Assembly (NCBI GenBank): GCA_934183255.1
Contig: CAKPSD010000003.1
Span: 18,789 to 82,788 of the forward strand
DNA length: 64,000 nt
From: an uncultured Bacilli bacterium
GTDB lineage: Bacteria; Bacillota_I; Bacilli_A; RFN20; DUOF01
Direction of reading: 5' to 3'
Made by a program: the position numbers and the translations under genes. The notes beneath the pieces are model-generated. The model saw only the letters and a list, made by a program, of their open reading frames with translations, was not told where the DNA came from and did not search any database. Shown here one piece after another: positions 13,342 through 22,210 of this stretch. How positions within the stretch are numbered: the first letter of the stretch is position 1; the number at the start of each line of letters is the position of its first letter.

Positions 13342-15067
13342 TGTAAAAATAAACAATCAAGAATATTCCTTTGAAGAAGGTTTAACAATACTTGAAGCCT
13401 GTAGAAAAGTTAACATTGATATCCCTACCCTTTGCTATTATAAAGGATTAGTAGAATCGGGAAATTGTCGTGTATGCTTAGTTGAAGTAAAAGGTGCTAG
13501 AAATTATGTAACTGCTTGTAACTATAAAATTTATGATGGGATGGAAGTGTTCACTAATACTTTAGAAATAATAGAAGCAAGAAAAAAATCAGTAGAGTTA
13601 ATAATATCTAACCATTCAATGGAATGCCTAAACTGTAGTGCTAATCATAATTGTGAATTACAATCATTAACAAAAAGATTAAATGTTGAAGAAAGATATT
13701 ATGGTAAAAAAACAGAAAGAACATTAGATGATTTTTCTGGCATTTTAATTAGAGATACTTCTAAATGTATATTATGTGGAAGATGTATTGAAATGTGTAA
13801 AAATACACAAGGAATAGGAATCCTTAACTTTGAAAATAGAGGCTTAAAAACAATTGTAGCTCCTATTGCTAACAAATCATTTAAAGATGTGCCTTGTACT
13901 TATTGTGGGCAATGTACTAAAGTGTGTCCAACTGGTGCACTTACTATAAAAGAAAATATTAGAGACTTACTAGTAGCACTTAAAGAAGGAAAACATGTAG
14001 TAGCACAAACTGCCCCTGCAGTAAGAGCTGCTTTAGGAGAAGAATTTGGTTATAAAATAGGTACTAATGTTGAAGGTAAAATGGTCGCAGCATTAAGAAA
14101 AATTGGTTGCTCAAAAGTATATGATGTTAACTTTGGAGCAGATTTAACAATAATGGAAGAAGCTAGTGAATTTATAGAAAGATTTACTAACAAAGAAAAC
14201 TTACCTCTTATAACTTCATGCTGTCCTGGTTGGATAAGATATATAGAAACATATTATCCAGAATTATTAAATCATTTATCAAGTTGTAAATCTCCTCACA
14301 TGATGGAAGGAGCAATCATTAAATCTTATTATGCTAAAAAGAATAATATAGATCCTAAAGATATAGTAGTAGTTTCAATCATGCCTTGTAGTGCTAAAAA
14401 AGAAGAAAAAGATCGCAATGATAATGATGTTGATATTGTCTTAACAACCGTAGAGTTAGCAAACTTAATTAAACTATTTGGAATCTCATTTGAAGATTTA
14501 GAAGATGAAAAATTTGATGCTGATTTATTAGGAGATTTTTCAGGAGCAGGAGTTATCTTTGGTGCAAGTGGTGGAGTCATGGAAGCTGCTTTAAGAACTG
14601 CTTATCATTCTCTTACAAATGAAGAATATGAAACTATTGAATTTAATAAAGTAAGAGGAATGGAAGGAATAAAAGAAGCAACATTAACTATAAATAAAAA
14701 GAAAGTAAATGTCGCAGTAGTTCACTCTTTATCTAATGCTGCTAAATTATTAAATGAAATTAAAAACGAGAAAAGCAAATATCATTTTATTGAAGTAATG
14801 GCTTGTCCTTTAGGATGTATAAATGGCGCAGGTCAACCAAAAATATCATCTAATAAACTAAATGTAAAAGAAAAAGATAATATCTTACTAAACACTTATA
14901 AAAGAGCTAATGCTTTATACAAGGAAGATGAAAAATTGCCTATTAGACAATCACATAACAATCCTCAAATAATTGAATTATACAAAAATTATTTAGATAA
15001 ACCTAATTCAAAATTAGCTCATAAACTATTACATACTACATATAGTAAAAAAAGTAAAAATATTTAA
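13334..15067 (+). CDS. hydA: [FeFe]-hydrogenase catalytic subunit (HydA, long form with N-terminal Fe-S domains and a C-terminal SSU-like domain)
   Basis: All three H-cluster motifs are present: TSCCPGW, MPCSAKKEE and EVMACPLGCINGAGQP. The N-terminus has a 2Fe-2S ferredoxin fold (CRVCLVEV) and CxxCxxCxxxC clusters. The C-terminus reads RQSHNNPQIIELYKNYLDKPNSKLAHKLLHTTY. Confidence 0.93.
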   Translation: MVNVKINNQEYSFEEGLTILEACRKVNIDIPTLCYYKGLVESGNCRVCLVEVKGARNYVTACNYKIYDGMEVFTNTLEIIEARKKSVELIISNHSMECLNCSANHNCELQSLTKRLNVEERYYGKKTERTLDDFSGILIRDTSKCILCGRCIEMCKNTQGIGILNFENRGLKTIVAPIANKSFKDVPCTYCGQCTKVCPTGALTIKENIRDLLVALKEGKHVVAQTAPAVRAALGEEFGYKIGTNVEGKMVAALRKIGCSKVYDVNFGADLTIMEEASEFIERFTNKENLPLITSCCPGWIRYIETYYPELLNHLSSCKSPHMMEGAIIKSYYAKKNNIDPKDIVVVSIMPCSAKKEEKDRNDNDVDIVLTTVELANLIKLFGISFEDLEDEKFDADLLGDFSGAGVIFGASGGVMEAALRTAYHSLTNEEYETIEFNKVRGMEGIKEATLTINKKKVNVAVVHSLSNAAKLLNEIKNEKSKYHFIEVMACPLGCINGAGQPKISSNKLNVKEKDNILLNTYKRANALYKEDEKLPIRQSHNNPQIIELYKNYLDKPNSKLAHKLLHTTYSKKSKNI

Positions 15068-15161
15068 ATTGACATTATTAAGGAAATGTATATTTCAGAT
15101 ATATTTACAAATAAAATAAAAATATAATAAAATGGTTCTAAAGAAAGGAAAGATAAAATAT

Positions 15162-16364
15162 ATGAAGAAAATTTTAAGTACAGTTTGCATGTTTCTACTT
15201 TTATTATCTACCCTAACATTATCAGGATGTAAAAAGGCTAAAAAAGAAGAAACAATAATGAACATTAGTTGTAACCCTAGTGTTGAATTTATCTTAGATA
15301 AAGATAATAAAGTTGTTAGTGTTACTGCCCTAAATGAAGATGGAAATGTAATTTTAGTTGGAGAAACTTTTGTTGGTTTAACTGCTGATGAAGCTGCTAA
15401 ATTATTTGTAAAAATTTCTACTGAAACAGGATTTATAGTAGAAGGAAGTACATCTAATAATGAAGTAAAAGTATCTATTTCAGGAGACAATAAAAAAGCT
15501 AATCAAATATATGATGATGTTAAATCAAAAGTATCAAAATACTTAAGCGATAACAACATTAATGTAAATTTAAAAAATATTGAAGCTCCTACACTAGATG
15601 AATTAAAAGCATTAGTAAAAGATGCTTATCCTACTATTAAAGATGAAATTTTAAATAGTTTAAGTGAATCAGAACTAATAAAATATTTAAAAGAAGTTAG
15701 AATTCTAACTAAAGATTTATTCTCTCAAGGATTAAAAGATGCTTTCGTAGCTATGAAAGATTATGAAATAGAATTTGCTAAAGATGAAAAAACTTTAGAA
15801 ATAATTAATACCCTAGATAGCACTTATTCTCTAGTTATATCTCAATATTCTGAAGCTATTAAAAATTTAAACAGCGCTAAAGTAAAACTAGAAGATGCTA
15901 GAAATAAATATTTATTAAGTGAAACAAGTGATTATCAATTAAAATTAAAAGAATTAAATGATGCTAAAGATAAACTATTAAAAGCAAAAAATGAATTAGC
16001 TAATATGGAAGAAGGATTAGCAAAACAAGCTAAAGCAATAGAAGTTGCTACTTTAGAAACTGCTTATGGATTAGAAGAAACTGCTTATAATACTTATTAC
16101 AATTCAGCAAATATTGCAATTGATAGTAGTCTATTAGCTATTAATACAATAATCAAATCACTAGAAACATTAAAAGAGAATATGCCTGAAGAAATAAAAA
16201 CTATTTTGCAAAATAAAGCAAATGAAATAGAAAATGCCGCTAATACTGCTAAAAATAATTTACTTGAATCATTTGAAAATTCATATAACAAACAAATTGA
16301 AGCTGCTAGAGATGCAGCACTTGCTAGAAAAACTGCTTTAAAAAATGCTGTTTCTGCTAACTAG
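15162..16364 (+). CDS. Lipoprotein with a long A/E/K-rich predicted coiled coil, function unknown
   Basis: Signal peptide plus lipobox: MKKILSTVCMFLLLLSTLTLSGC. I set the start at ATG 15162 rather than the tracked 15132. The C-terminal ~250 aa are heptad-like and rich in A/E/K/L. Confidence 0.75.
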   Translation: MKKILSTVCMFLLLLSTLTLSGCKKAKKEETIMNISCNPSVEFILDKDNKVVSVTALNEDGNVILVGETFVGLTADEAAKLFVKISTETGFIVEGSTSNNEVKVSISGDNKKANQIYDDVKSKVSKYLSDNNINVNLKNIEAPTLDELKALVKDAYPTIKDEILNSLSESELIKYLKEVRILTKDLFSQGLKDAFVAMKDYEIEFAKDEKTLEIINTLDSTYSLVISQYSEAIKNLNSAKVKLEDARNKYLLSETSDYQLKLKELNDAKDKLLKAKNELANMEEGLAKQAKAIEVATLETAYGLEETAYNTYYNSANIAIDSSLLAINTIIKSLETLKENMPEEIKTILQNKANEIENAANTAKNNLLESFENSYNKQIEAARDAALARKTALKNAVSAN

Positions 16365-16384
16365 TAAAGAAAAAAATTAATCAA

Positions 16385-16416
16385 CAAAAAAAGGATTGCA
16401 CTGCAATCCTTTTTAT
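16385..16416. terminator. Bidirectional intrinsic terminator between the convergent lipoprotein gene and pta
   Basis: AGGATTGC-act-GCAATCCT (16392-16410) is flanked by an A-run (16385-16391) and a T-run (16411-16414). Confidence 0.7.
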
Positions 16417-16432
16417 TTGCTTATACAAAAAT

Positions 16433-17404
16433 TTAATTACTTTGAGACAAACTTAAGATAGCCATCTTATAAACTTCTTCTTCATTACATCCTCTACTCA
16501 AATCATTAACAGGCATTCTAACACCCTGTAAAATTGGTCCTAAGGCCTCATAATCACCTAAACGTTGCGCTATCTTATAACCTATATTCCCAGCATCTAA
16601 ATTAGGAAAAATAAAGACATTAGCTTTACCTGCTACTGGTGAACCTGGATCTTTCTTATCCCCTGTTGCTTTATCATATGCTGCATCAAATTGAAGTTCT
16701 CCATCATATGGAAAATCTACATTTTTATCTTTCATTAATTCTACTGCTTTTTGCATCTTTTCTACTTCAGGCCCTTTAGCACTACCTTTAGTTGAAAAAG
16801 ACAAGAAAGCAACATAAGGATTCATATCAAATACTCTAGCAGTTTCTACACTACTAACCGCAATATCAGTTAACTCTTCACTACTAGGATTAATATTAAC
16901 ACCACTGTCTGCAAAGATAAGAGTAGGATATCCCTCTTTTAGTAAAGCAAAGCAAGAAGAAACAATATTACAACCTGGTTTAGTCTTTAATATTTGTAAA
17001 GCTGGTCTAACTGTATCAGCAGTAGAATAAGTTGCTCCTCCAAGTGCTGCATCTGCTCTTCCAGTATAAAGCATCATAATTGCATAGTAATTTCTACCAC
17101 TTAACATTTTCTTACAATCTTCTAAAGTATTTTTGCCCTTTCTAAGTTCAAACATCTTATTAACATTATTATCAAATTCTTTATCTTTTAAATGATCTAA
17201 TATTTCTAGTTTAGTAATATCTAAATTATTTTCTTTTGCTAATTTAGATATTTTATCTACATCACCTAATAATAAAGGCTTACATAAATTTTCTTTTTCT
17301 AATCTAACAGCAGCCTTTAATATCCTAATATCATCACCTTCAGGCAAAACAATAACTTTATTTTTACCTCTAATTTTATCTCTCATTGAATCAAAAACAC
17401 TCAT
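16433..17404 (-). CDS. pta: Phosphate acetyltransferase
   Basis: 323 aa, short PTA_PTB type. Motifs: VIVLPEGDDIRILKAA, GGATYSTADTVRPALQILKT, FIFPNLDAGNIGYKIAQRLG, PVNDLSRGC. Confidence 0.9.
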   Translation of the reverse strand: MSVFDSMRDKIRGKNKVIVLPEGDDIRILKAAVRLEKENLCKPLLLGDVDKISKLAKENNLDITKLEILDHLKDKEFDNNVNKMFELRKGKNTLEDCKKMLSGRNYYAIMMLYTGRADAALGGATYSTADTVRPALQILKTKPGCNIVSSCFALLKEGYPTLIFADSGVNINPSSEELTDIAVSSVETARVFDMNPYVAFLSFSTKGSAKGPEVEKMQKAVELMKDKNVDFPYDGELQFDAAYDKATGDKKDPGSPVAGKANVFIFPNLDAGNIGYKIAQRLGDYEALGPILQGVRMPVNDLSRGCNEEEVYKMAILSLSQSN

Positions 17405-17441
17405 TACATATCTCTCCTCTTCTTAATATTATCATACCCAA

Positions 17442-17470
17442 TAAAAAAAGGACTAATTTAAGTCCTTTTT
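17442..17470 (-). terminator. Rho-independent terminator after the 1163-aa gene
   Basis: On the minus strand, AAAGGACT-taaatt-AGTCCTTT (17447-17468) is followed by a U-run (plus-strand A-run 17443-17449). Confidence 0.65.
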
Positions 17471-17489
17471 ATTATTTTTTTCTAACTTT

Positions 17490-20400
17490 CTATATTGTTG
17501 GTATAGATGATACAGCCTCCCTAAATGCTTCACTCCAAGTAGAATGTTCACCTTTACTAATAGAAGTAACAGTACCACTAGTTAATTGACTAATAACTTC
17601 ATTTGCAATAGTTTGAGCTTGATTTTCACCTAAGAATGCACTTGCTTCAATTGCATCAAGTGTACTTCCTACAACTCCTACTGTAGTATTTCTCTTTTCT
17701 TCAGTCTTTATATCATCACTTGTATATCCCTTAACAGTAGCAATATTTTCATTAATAGTAATTAAATTATCGATTTCTGTAGCCCATACTATATTTTTAT
17801 AATTATTAGTTTCTTCTTTTGTTTTAACATGAACACCATAATCATTTAAACTAGTATTACTATTTATTCCTCCCATTGCACTATCAAGTGTGCTTACATA
17901 CTTACCTTCTAATATTTTACTTAACTTCATAGCATCTAACATTGTAGCTACTCCTACTTTAGTTTCACCTGTTAAAGAAGTAATATCAGTTAAATTATCT
18001 ATTACACTTCTATTTTTAGCATATGCTTTAAATACCGCTGTTTCATTAGAATATTGTAAATAACTATTATACATTAATGTTGCTACACTAACGCCACTAG
18101 AACTAACACCTTCCATATTAATAGTATCTACAGCCTTTATTAATAAATGTGCTCTAGTATTAGATAATAATGTACTATTATCAATACTATTAAACATATT
18201 TTCTAATCTAGTAACACCATTAGTGTCAACATCACTAAAGTTAGATGATGTCATATTTACCATAGATTTAATTATTCCAAGTTCATTAGTCCAATCACTA
18301 ACACTAGCTATACTATTCTTTAAATTAGTTGTGCTATCACTTGCATCTCTATCATCTTTTACACCATTACTTACTAGTAAATCAGTTACCTTATTAACAA
18401 CTATTTGCTTCAATATCTTAGATTTCATAACTTCATTTACTAATCCCCCAACCTTAACTACATCCATTGTCTCAATATCAAGGTTAACTAAATCAGTAAT
18501 TGTATTCTTCTCATCAGCTATATTAAGTAATACACTAGTCTCATTATCCCAGAACGCATCTATCTCTTCTTGATTAGATGTACTAGGCCATTCTATACTT
18601 TCATATTCTTCATTTGTCAATAAAGTACTATTCTTAACTGCATATTTCAAAATATCCACTTTTTTAGTTTTAAATAATTCCATTGCATCTACTGCATCAA
18701 ATACAGTTTCTAAATTAGCTTTAGTAATATTATCACTAACACTAAAATCAACACTTAATACTTCATTAATATTAGTAAATTCATTTTTCCATTTTTCTTT
18801 AGTATCTATAGCAAGTAATTCTTCCTTAGTAAATGATACATCATATTCACTAACAAAATTATTAACTGTATCTTTCATATAATCTACAAAAGGATCCTTT
18901 AACATACTAGACTTATAAACTTCTCCCATAATAATACTCAAAGCATCTACTTTAGTATCTTCTTTCAATAAATCAGTAGAAATATCTCCTAATGATTGAA
19001 GTTCTAATGTACCAGCTGCATCTGCAATTTTCTTTAATAATACTAATTCACTTTCCCATGTATTATAGAAAACTTCTTTAGTAGAATCTTCATTATCTTC
19101 ACCAAAGTTAATCACAGGCATACCATTAATATCTATCTCAAGTCCAATCTTAGGTAATACATAACTATAACTAAATGGTAAGATTGATAATAATGCTTTA
19201 GTGCCTGATAATTCATTTAATAATGCTGTTACATTATTATAATTAACTTTCTCACTATTTTTATATTCATCATATAAAGCATATCCTTTTTCTAATACAT
19301 CAAGCTCCTTAATCCATGCTTCTTTACTATCTACATATTTAAGAACTCTAGCATCAACTTTATAATTCTTTCCTTCTAATTTCTTATTAATTTGCGTACT
19401 TACTACATCTTTAAATAAATAAGAACTATTTAATTCATTTAATAATGTAGCCAAACTATCTTTACTATTATCTTTAATTGCTCCACTTACAAACAACTTA
19501 CTAGCAACATTACTTACAACATCACCATCAGTTATTTCTTTCAAATTAGTAATTTCCATAGTTTTAACAAACTTAATTGCATCTCCAAGTAAATTAGAAA
19601 CTTCATTATTTAAAGCTTCAGTCATTTCACTAGGAACAGTAGCTCCATATTTACCAATATAATTTTCTATTAATCCAGGCATTGCTTTGCTTACTATTCT
19701 AATATTTAACACTTTAGTTATTAATGTTTCTAATTTACCTTCATCTATATTGTTAATAACAGTCATATAGTTATCTTTATTATCCATAATTGTATCAAAC
19801 AAGCCACTAGTAACAGCATACTTAATCGCACCAATTGCACTACTAATATCGGTCTTTAACTCTTGTAAATTAGTATAGCCAATAGTATCAAGTATGTTTT
19901 CATCATTAAATAGTTTAACTAAAGATTCCTTAGATGCATCCATCGCATATTTAACACCAGCATCTAGTGCTTCAGATAATAATTTAGAACTCATTAAATA
20001 GTTAAGTCCTTTTTCTACTTTATCAAAATCCACTGTAGAATAATCTGCCTTTTCAGGATCAAAGTTTTTATCTGTTAATAACTTGATAAGTCCTGAATCA
20101 TTAATAATTGCAAAACTTACTAATAAAGTAGACATTTCTGTTTCAAGACTCATTTTTTCACCATTTATCTTAGCTGTTGTAAGCCTATCACTAACTAATT
20201 TATCTAAACTATGTTTACCACCAATCTTAGCAAAAATAGTATCACCATACATGTCTAAATATTTACAAATAACATCTGAATTTTCAATCCCTGTATTAGA
20301 GCAAATACTAACTTCTGTCTCTAACTCGCTCTCTTTTTTAGCTTTATTATACATTCTATTCACTAAATTAAGTGGTACTAAAATTAAACTAGTTAAAGTT

Positions 20401-20981
20401 AATCCCTGAACTATTCTAATAAGACCGCCTTGTAAACGATGCTTTCTTCTATAAACCTTAACTTTCTTTCCTTTATCATTTCTAAGAACATTACCATCTT
20501 CATCAAATTCATATTTATTTCTATGAAATACATTTTTAGAAATAATACTATAAATTATTAAATATATCCAATAAATAGGAAACAAAAAAGATAAAGGTAG
20601 CCCAACTATCATTAAAGCTAAAAATAATACTGGTGCTGCTATTAATTCAGGCATTGCTATTACCATATTTCTTAAATTATCAGAATAACTAAAAAACTTA
20701 GCAACTTCATCATTTTGTTCTATTTGATAAATAATAAAATTTCTAACACCTTGAATACCATTTATAGTAATATTCATATCTAATACTTTTTTAGTAATAG
20801 GTATTATTGTAAATAAAAGTATAGTCGTATACAAAAACGCCCATATAAATCTTCTAAGAACTTTATATCTACCCCTAATTACTCCAGCCACAAAAAAGTA
20901 AAGAGAAAGCACTAATATTAATGCCCATGGTCCCCACTTAAACAACATCTCAATAGTTTTTTCGCTCACCTGAAACACCAC
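17490..20981 (-). CDS. Large multi-pass membrane protein with an ~950-aa helical repeat domain, function unknown
   Basis: 1163-aa ORF. It has 4-5 N-terminal hydrophobic helices (WALILVLSLYFFVAGVI, FIWAFLYTTILLFTIIPI, IAAPVLFLALMIVGLPLSFLFPIYWIYLIIYSII, LTLTSLILVPLNLV). The long D/E/K/N/L-rich domain that follows has a recurring W-x-x-E-(L/I/F) motif. No catalytic motif was recognised. Confidence 0.8.
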   Translation of the reverse strand: MVFQVSEKTIEMLFKWGPWALILVLSLYFFVAGVIRGRYKVLRRFIWAFLYTTILLFTIIPITKKVLDMNITINGIQGVRNFIIYQIEQNDEVAKFFSYSDNLRNMVIAMPELIAAPVLFLALMIVGLPLSFLFPIYWIYLIIYSIISKNVFHRNKYEFDEDGNVLRNDKGKKVKVYRRKHRLQGGLIRIVQGLTLTSLILVPLNLVNRMYNKAKKESELETEVSICSNTGIENSDVICKYLDMYGDTIFAKIGGKHSLDKLVSDRLTTAKINGEKMSLETEMSTLLVSFAIINDSGLIKLLTDKNFDPEKADYSTVDFDKVEKGLNYLMSSKLLSEALDAGVKYAMDASKESLVKLFNDENILDTIGYTNLQELKTDISSAIGAIKYAVTSGLFDTIMDNKDNYMTVINNIDEGKLETLITKVLNIRIVSKAMPGLIENYIGKYGATVPSEMTEALNNEVSNLLGDAIKFVKTMEITNLKEITDGDVVSNVASKLFVSGAIKDNSKDSLATLLNELNSSYLFKDVVSTQINKKLEGKNYKVDARVLKYVDSKEAWIKELDVLEKGYALYDEYKNSEKVNYNNVTALLNELSGTKALLSILPFSYSYVLPKIGLEIDINGMPVINFGEDNEDSTKEVFYNTWESELVLLKKIADAAGTLELQSLGDISTDLLKEDTKVDALSIIMGEVYKSSMLKDPFVDYMKDTVNNFVSEYDVSFTKEELLAIDTKEKWKNEFTNINEVLSVDFSVSDNITKANLETVFDAVDAMELFKTKKVDILKYAVKNSTLLTNEEYESIEWPSTSNQEEIDAFWDNETSVLLNIADEKNTITDLVNLDIETMDVVKVGGLVNEVMKSKILKQIVVNKVTDLLVSNGVKDDRDASDSTTNLKNSIASVSDWTNELGIIKSMVNMTSSNFSDVDTNGVTRLENMFNSIDNSTLLSNTRAHLLIKAVDTINMEGVSSSGVSVATLMYNSYLQYSNETAVFKAYAKNRSVIDNLTDITSLTGETKVGVATMLDAMKLSKILEGKYVSTLDSAMGGINSNTSLNDYGVHVKTKEETNNYKNIVWATEIDNLITINENIATVKGYTSDDIKTEEKRNTTVGVVGSTLDAIEASAFLGENQAQTIANEVISQLTSGTVTSISKGEHSTWSEAFREAVSSIPTI

Positions 20982-21039
20982 CTTACAATTATATTTTATT
21001 ACAATAAGTTAAAATGTTAAACATAATTTGTGTAATTCG

Positions 21040-22146
21040 TTATTTACCATAGTTTAAAAATTCTAATTCTTTTAATACAAATCTTCCATTTTTTCTAATT
21101 AAAACATCATCAAAATATATTTCTCCACCATTAACTTGCATACAAACTAAATCCCAGTGAATTATAGAATCATTACCATTTTCTGCCTCTCCTTTATAGC
21201 ATTGACCAGGAGTAAAATGAAAAGATCCCCATATTTTTTCATCAAATAAAATACTACCAACTGGTTCATTAACCATAGGATTTAACCCTAATGCAAATTC
21301 ACCAACATATCTACTGCCTTCATCACTATCAAATATTTTATTTAATTCCTCGTTACTACCACCTTCGCAAGTAGCGTTAACAATCTTACCATCTTTAAAT
21401 TCTAATCTAATATTCTTATATATTTTTCCATCATAAGGAGAATCAGTATTGTATTGAATAACTCCATTTACACTATCCTTGACAGGTGCAGTAAATACTT
21501 CACCATCAGGAATATTACACTCACCAGCACAAATAATCGCAGGAATACCTTTTATAGAAAAACTTAAATCTGTCCCAGGACCTACAATATGTACTTTATC
21601 TGTTTTTTCCATTAATTCTTTTAACGGTTTGCATGCTTCATACATTGCCTTATAATCAACATTACATACATCTAAAACAAAGTCCTTATAAACCTCAGTA
21701 GGTTTACCTGCTTTATGCGCTGCAAGTGAATTAGGCCATTCAAGTAATACCCATTTTTTATGTTGCGTAATCATATCATTTAAATCTTTATTTATTTTTC
21801 TTGATAGTTTACTCTTCTCTAAAATAACAGGCTCAGAAAATTCATATTCGTTATCGCATCCATCAATAATAACTTCTGCATCCATATCTTCCCACTTACA
21901 TTTATTCCACTTATAAGAATACTTCATCTTTTCTTCTTCATTATAAAGTGCAAGTAGCCTAGCAGTAGTGTCATCTAAAAAATACTCTACAAAAGGATAT
22001 GCTCCTACTTTATGACACTCCTCAATTATCTCCCACACTAACTCTTTACTACCAAAGTATGCTCTAATTAAAACTTTACTCCCCTTACCTAACTTAAGTG
22101 AATGATTAACTATCGTATTAGCTAACTTATTTAATCTACTATCCAT
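21040..22146 (-). CDS. M29-family aminopeptidase (AmpS/PepS/aminopeptidase T type)
   Basis: M29 signature blocks: NIPDGEVFTAP, VGEFALGLNP, FHFTPG, SIIHWDLV. Confidence 0.8.
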   Translation of the reverse strand: MDSRLNKLANTIVNHSLKLGKGSKVLIRAYFGSKELVWEIIEECHKVGAYPFVEYFLDDTTARLLALYNEEEKMKYSYKWNKCKWEDMDAEVIIDGCDNEYEFSEPVILEKSKLSRKINKDLNDMITQHKKWVLLEWPNSLAAHKAGKPTEVYKDFVLDVCNVDYKAMYEACKPLKELMEKTDKVHIVGPGTDLSFSIKGIPAIICAGECNIPDGEVFTAPVKDSVNGVIQYNTDSPYDGKIYKNIRLEFKDGKIVNATCEGGSNEELNKIFDSDEGSRYVGEFALGLNPMVNEPVGSILFDEKIWGSFHFTPGQCYKGEAENGNDSIIHWDLVCMQVNGGEIYFDDVLIRKNGRFVLKELEFLNYGK

Positions 22147-22210
22147 TTCTTTTTCCTCCCTCTCTATCTAATTATGGACATTATTTATAAATTTATTATA
22201 TAAAAATAAA

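Noticed and set aside
15095-15490. 131-aa minus-strand ORF overlapping the start of the lipoprotein gene.
   Set aside because: It is antisense to a gene with a clear signal peptide and lipobox, has no RBS, and gives a low-complexity translation.
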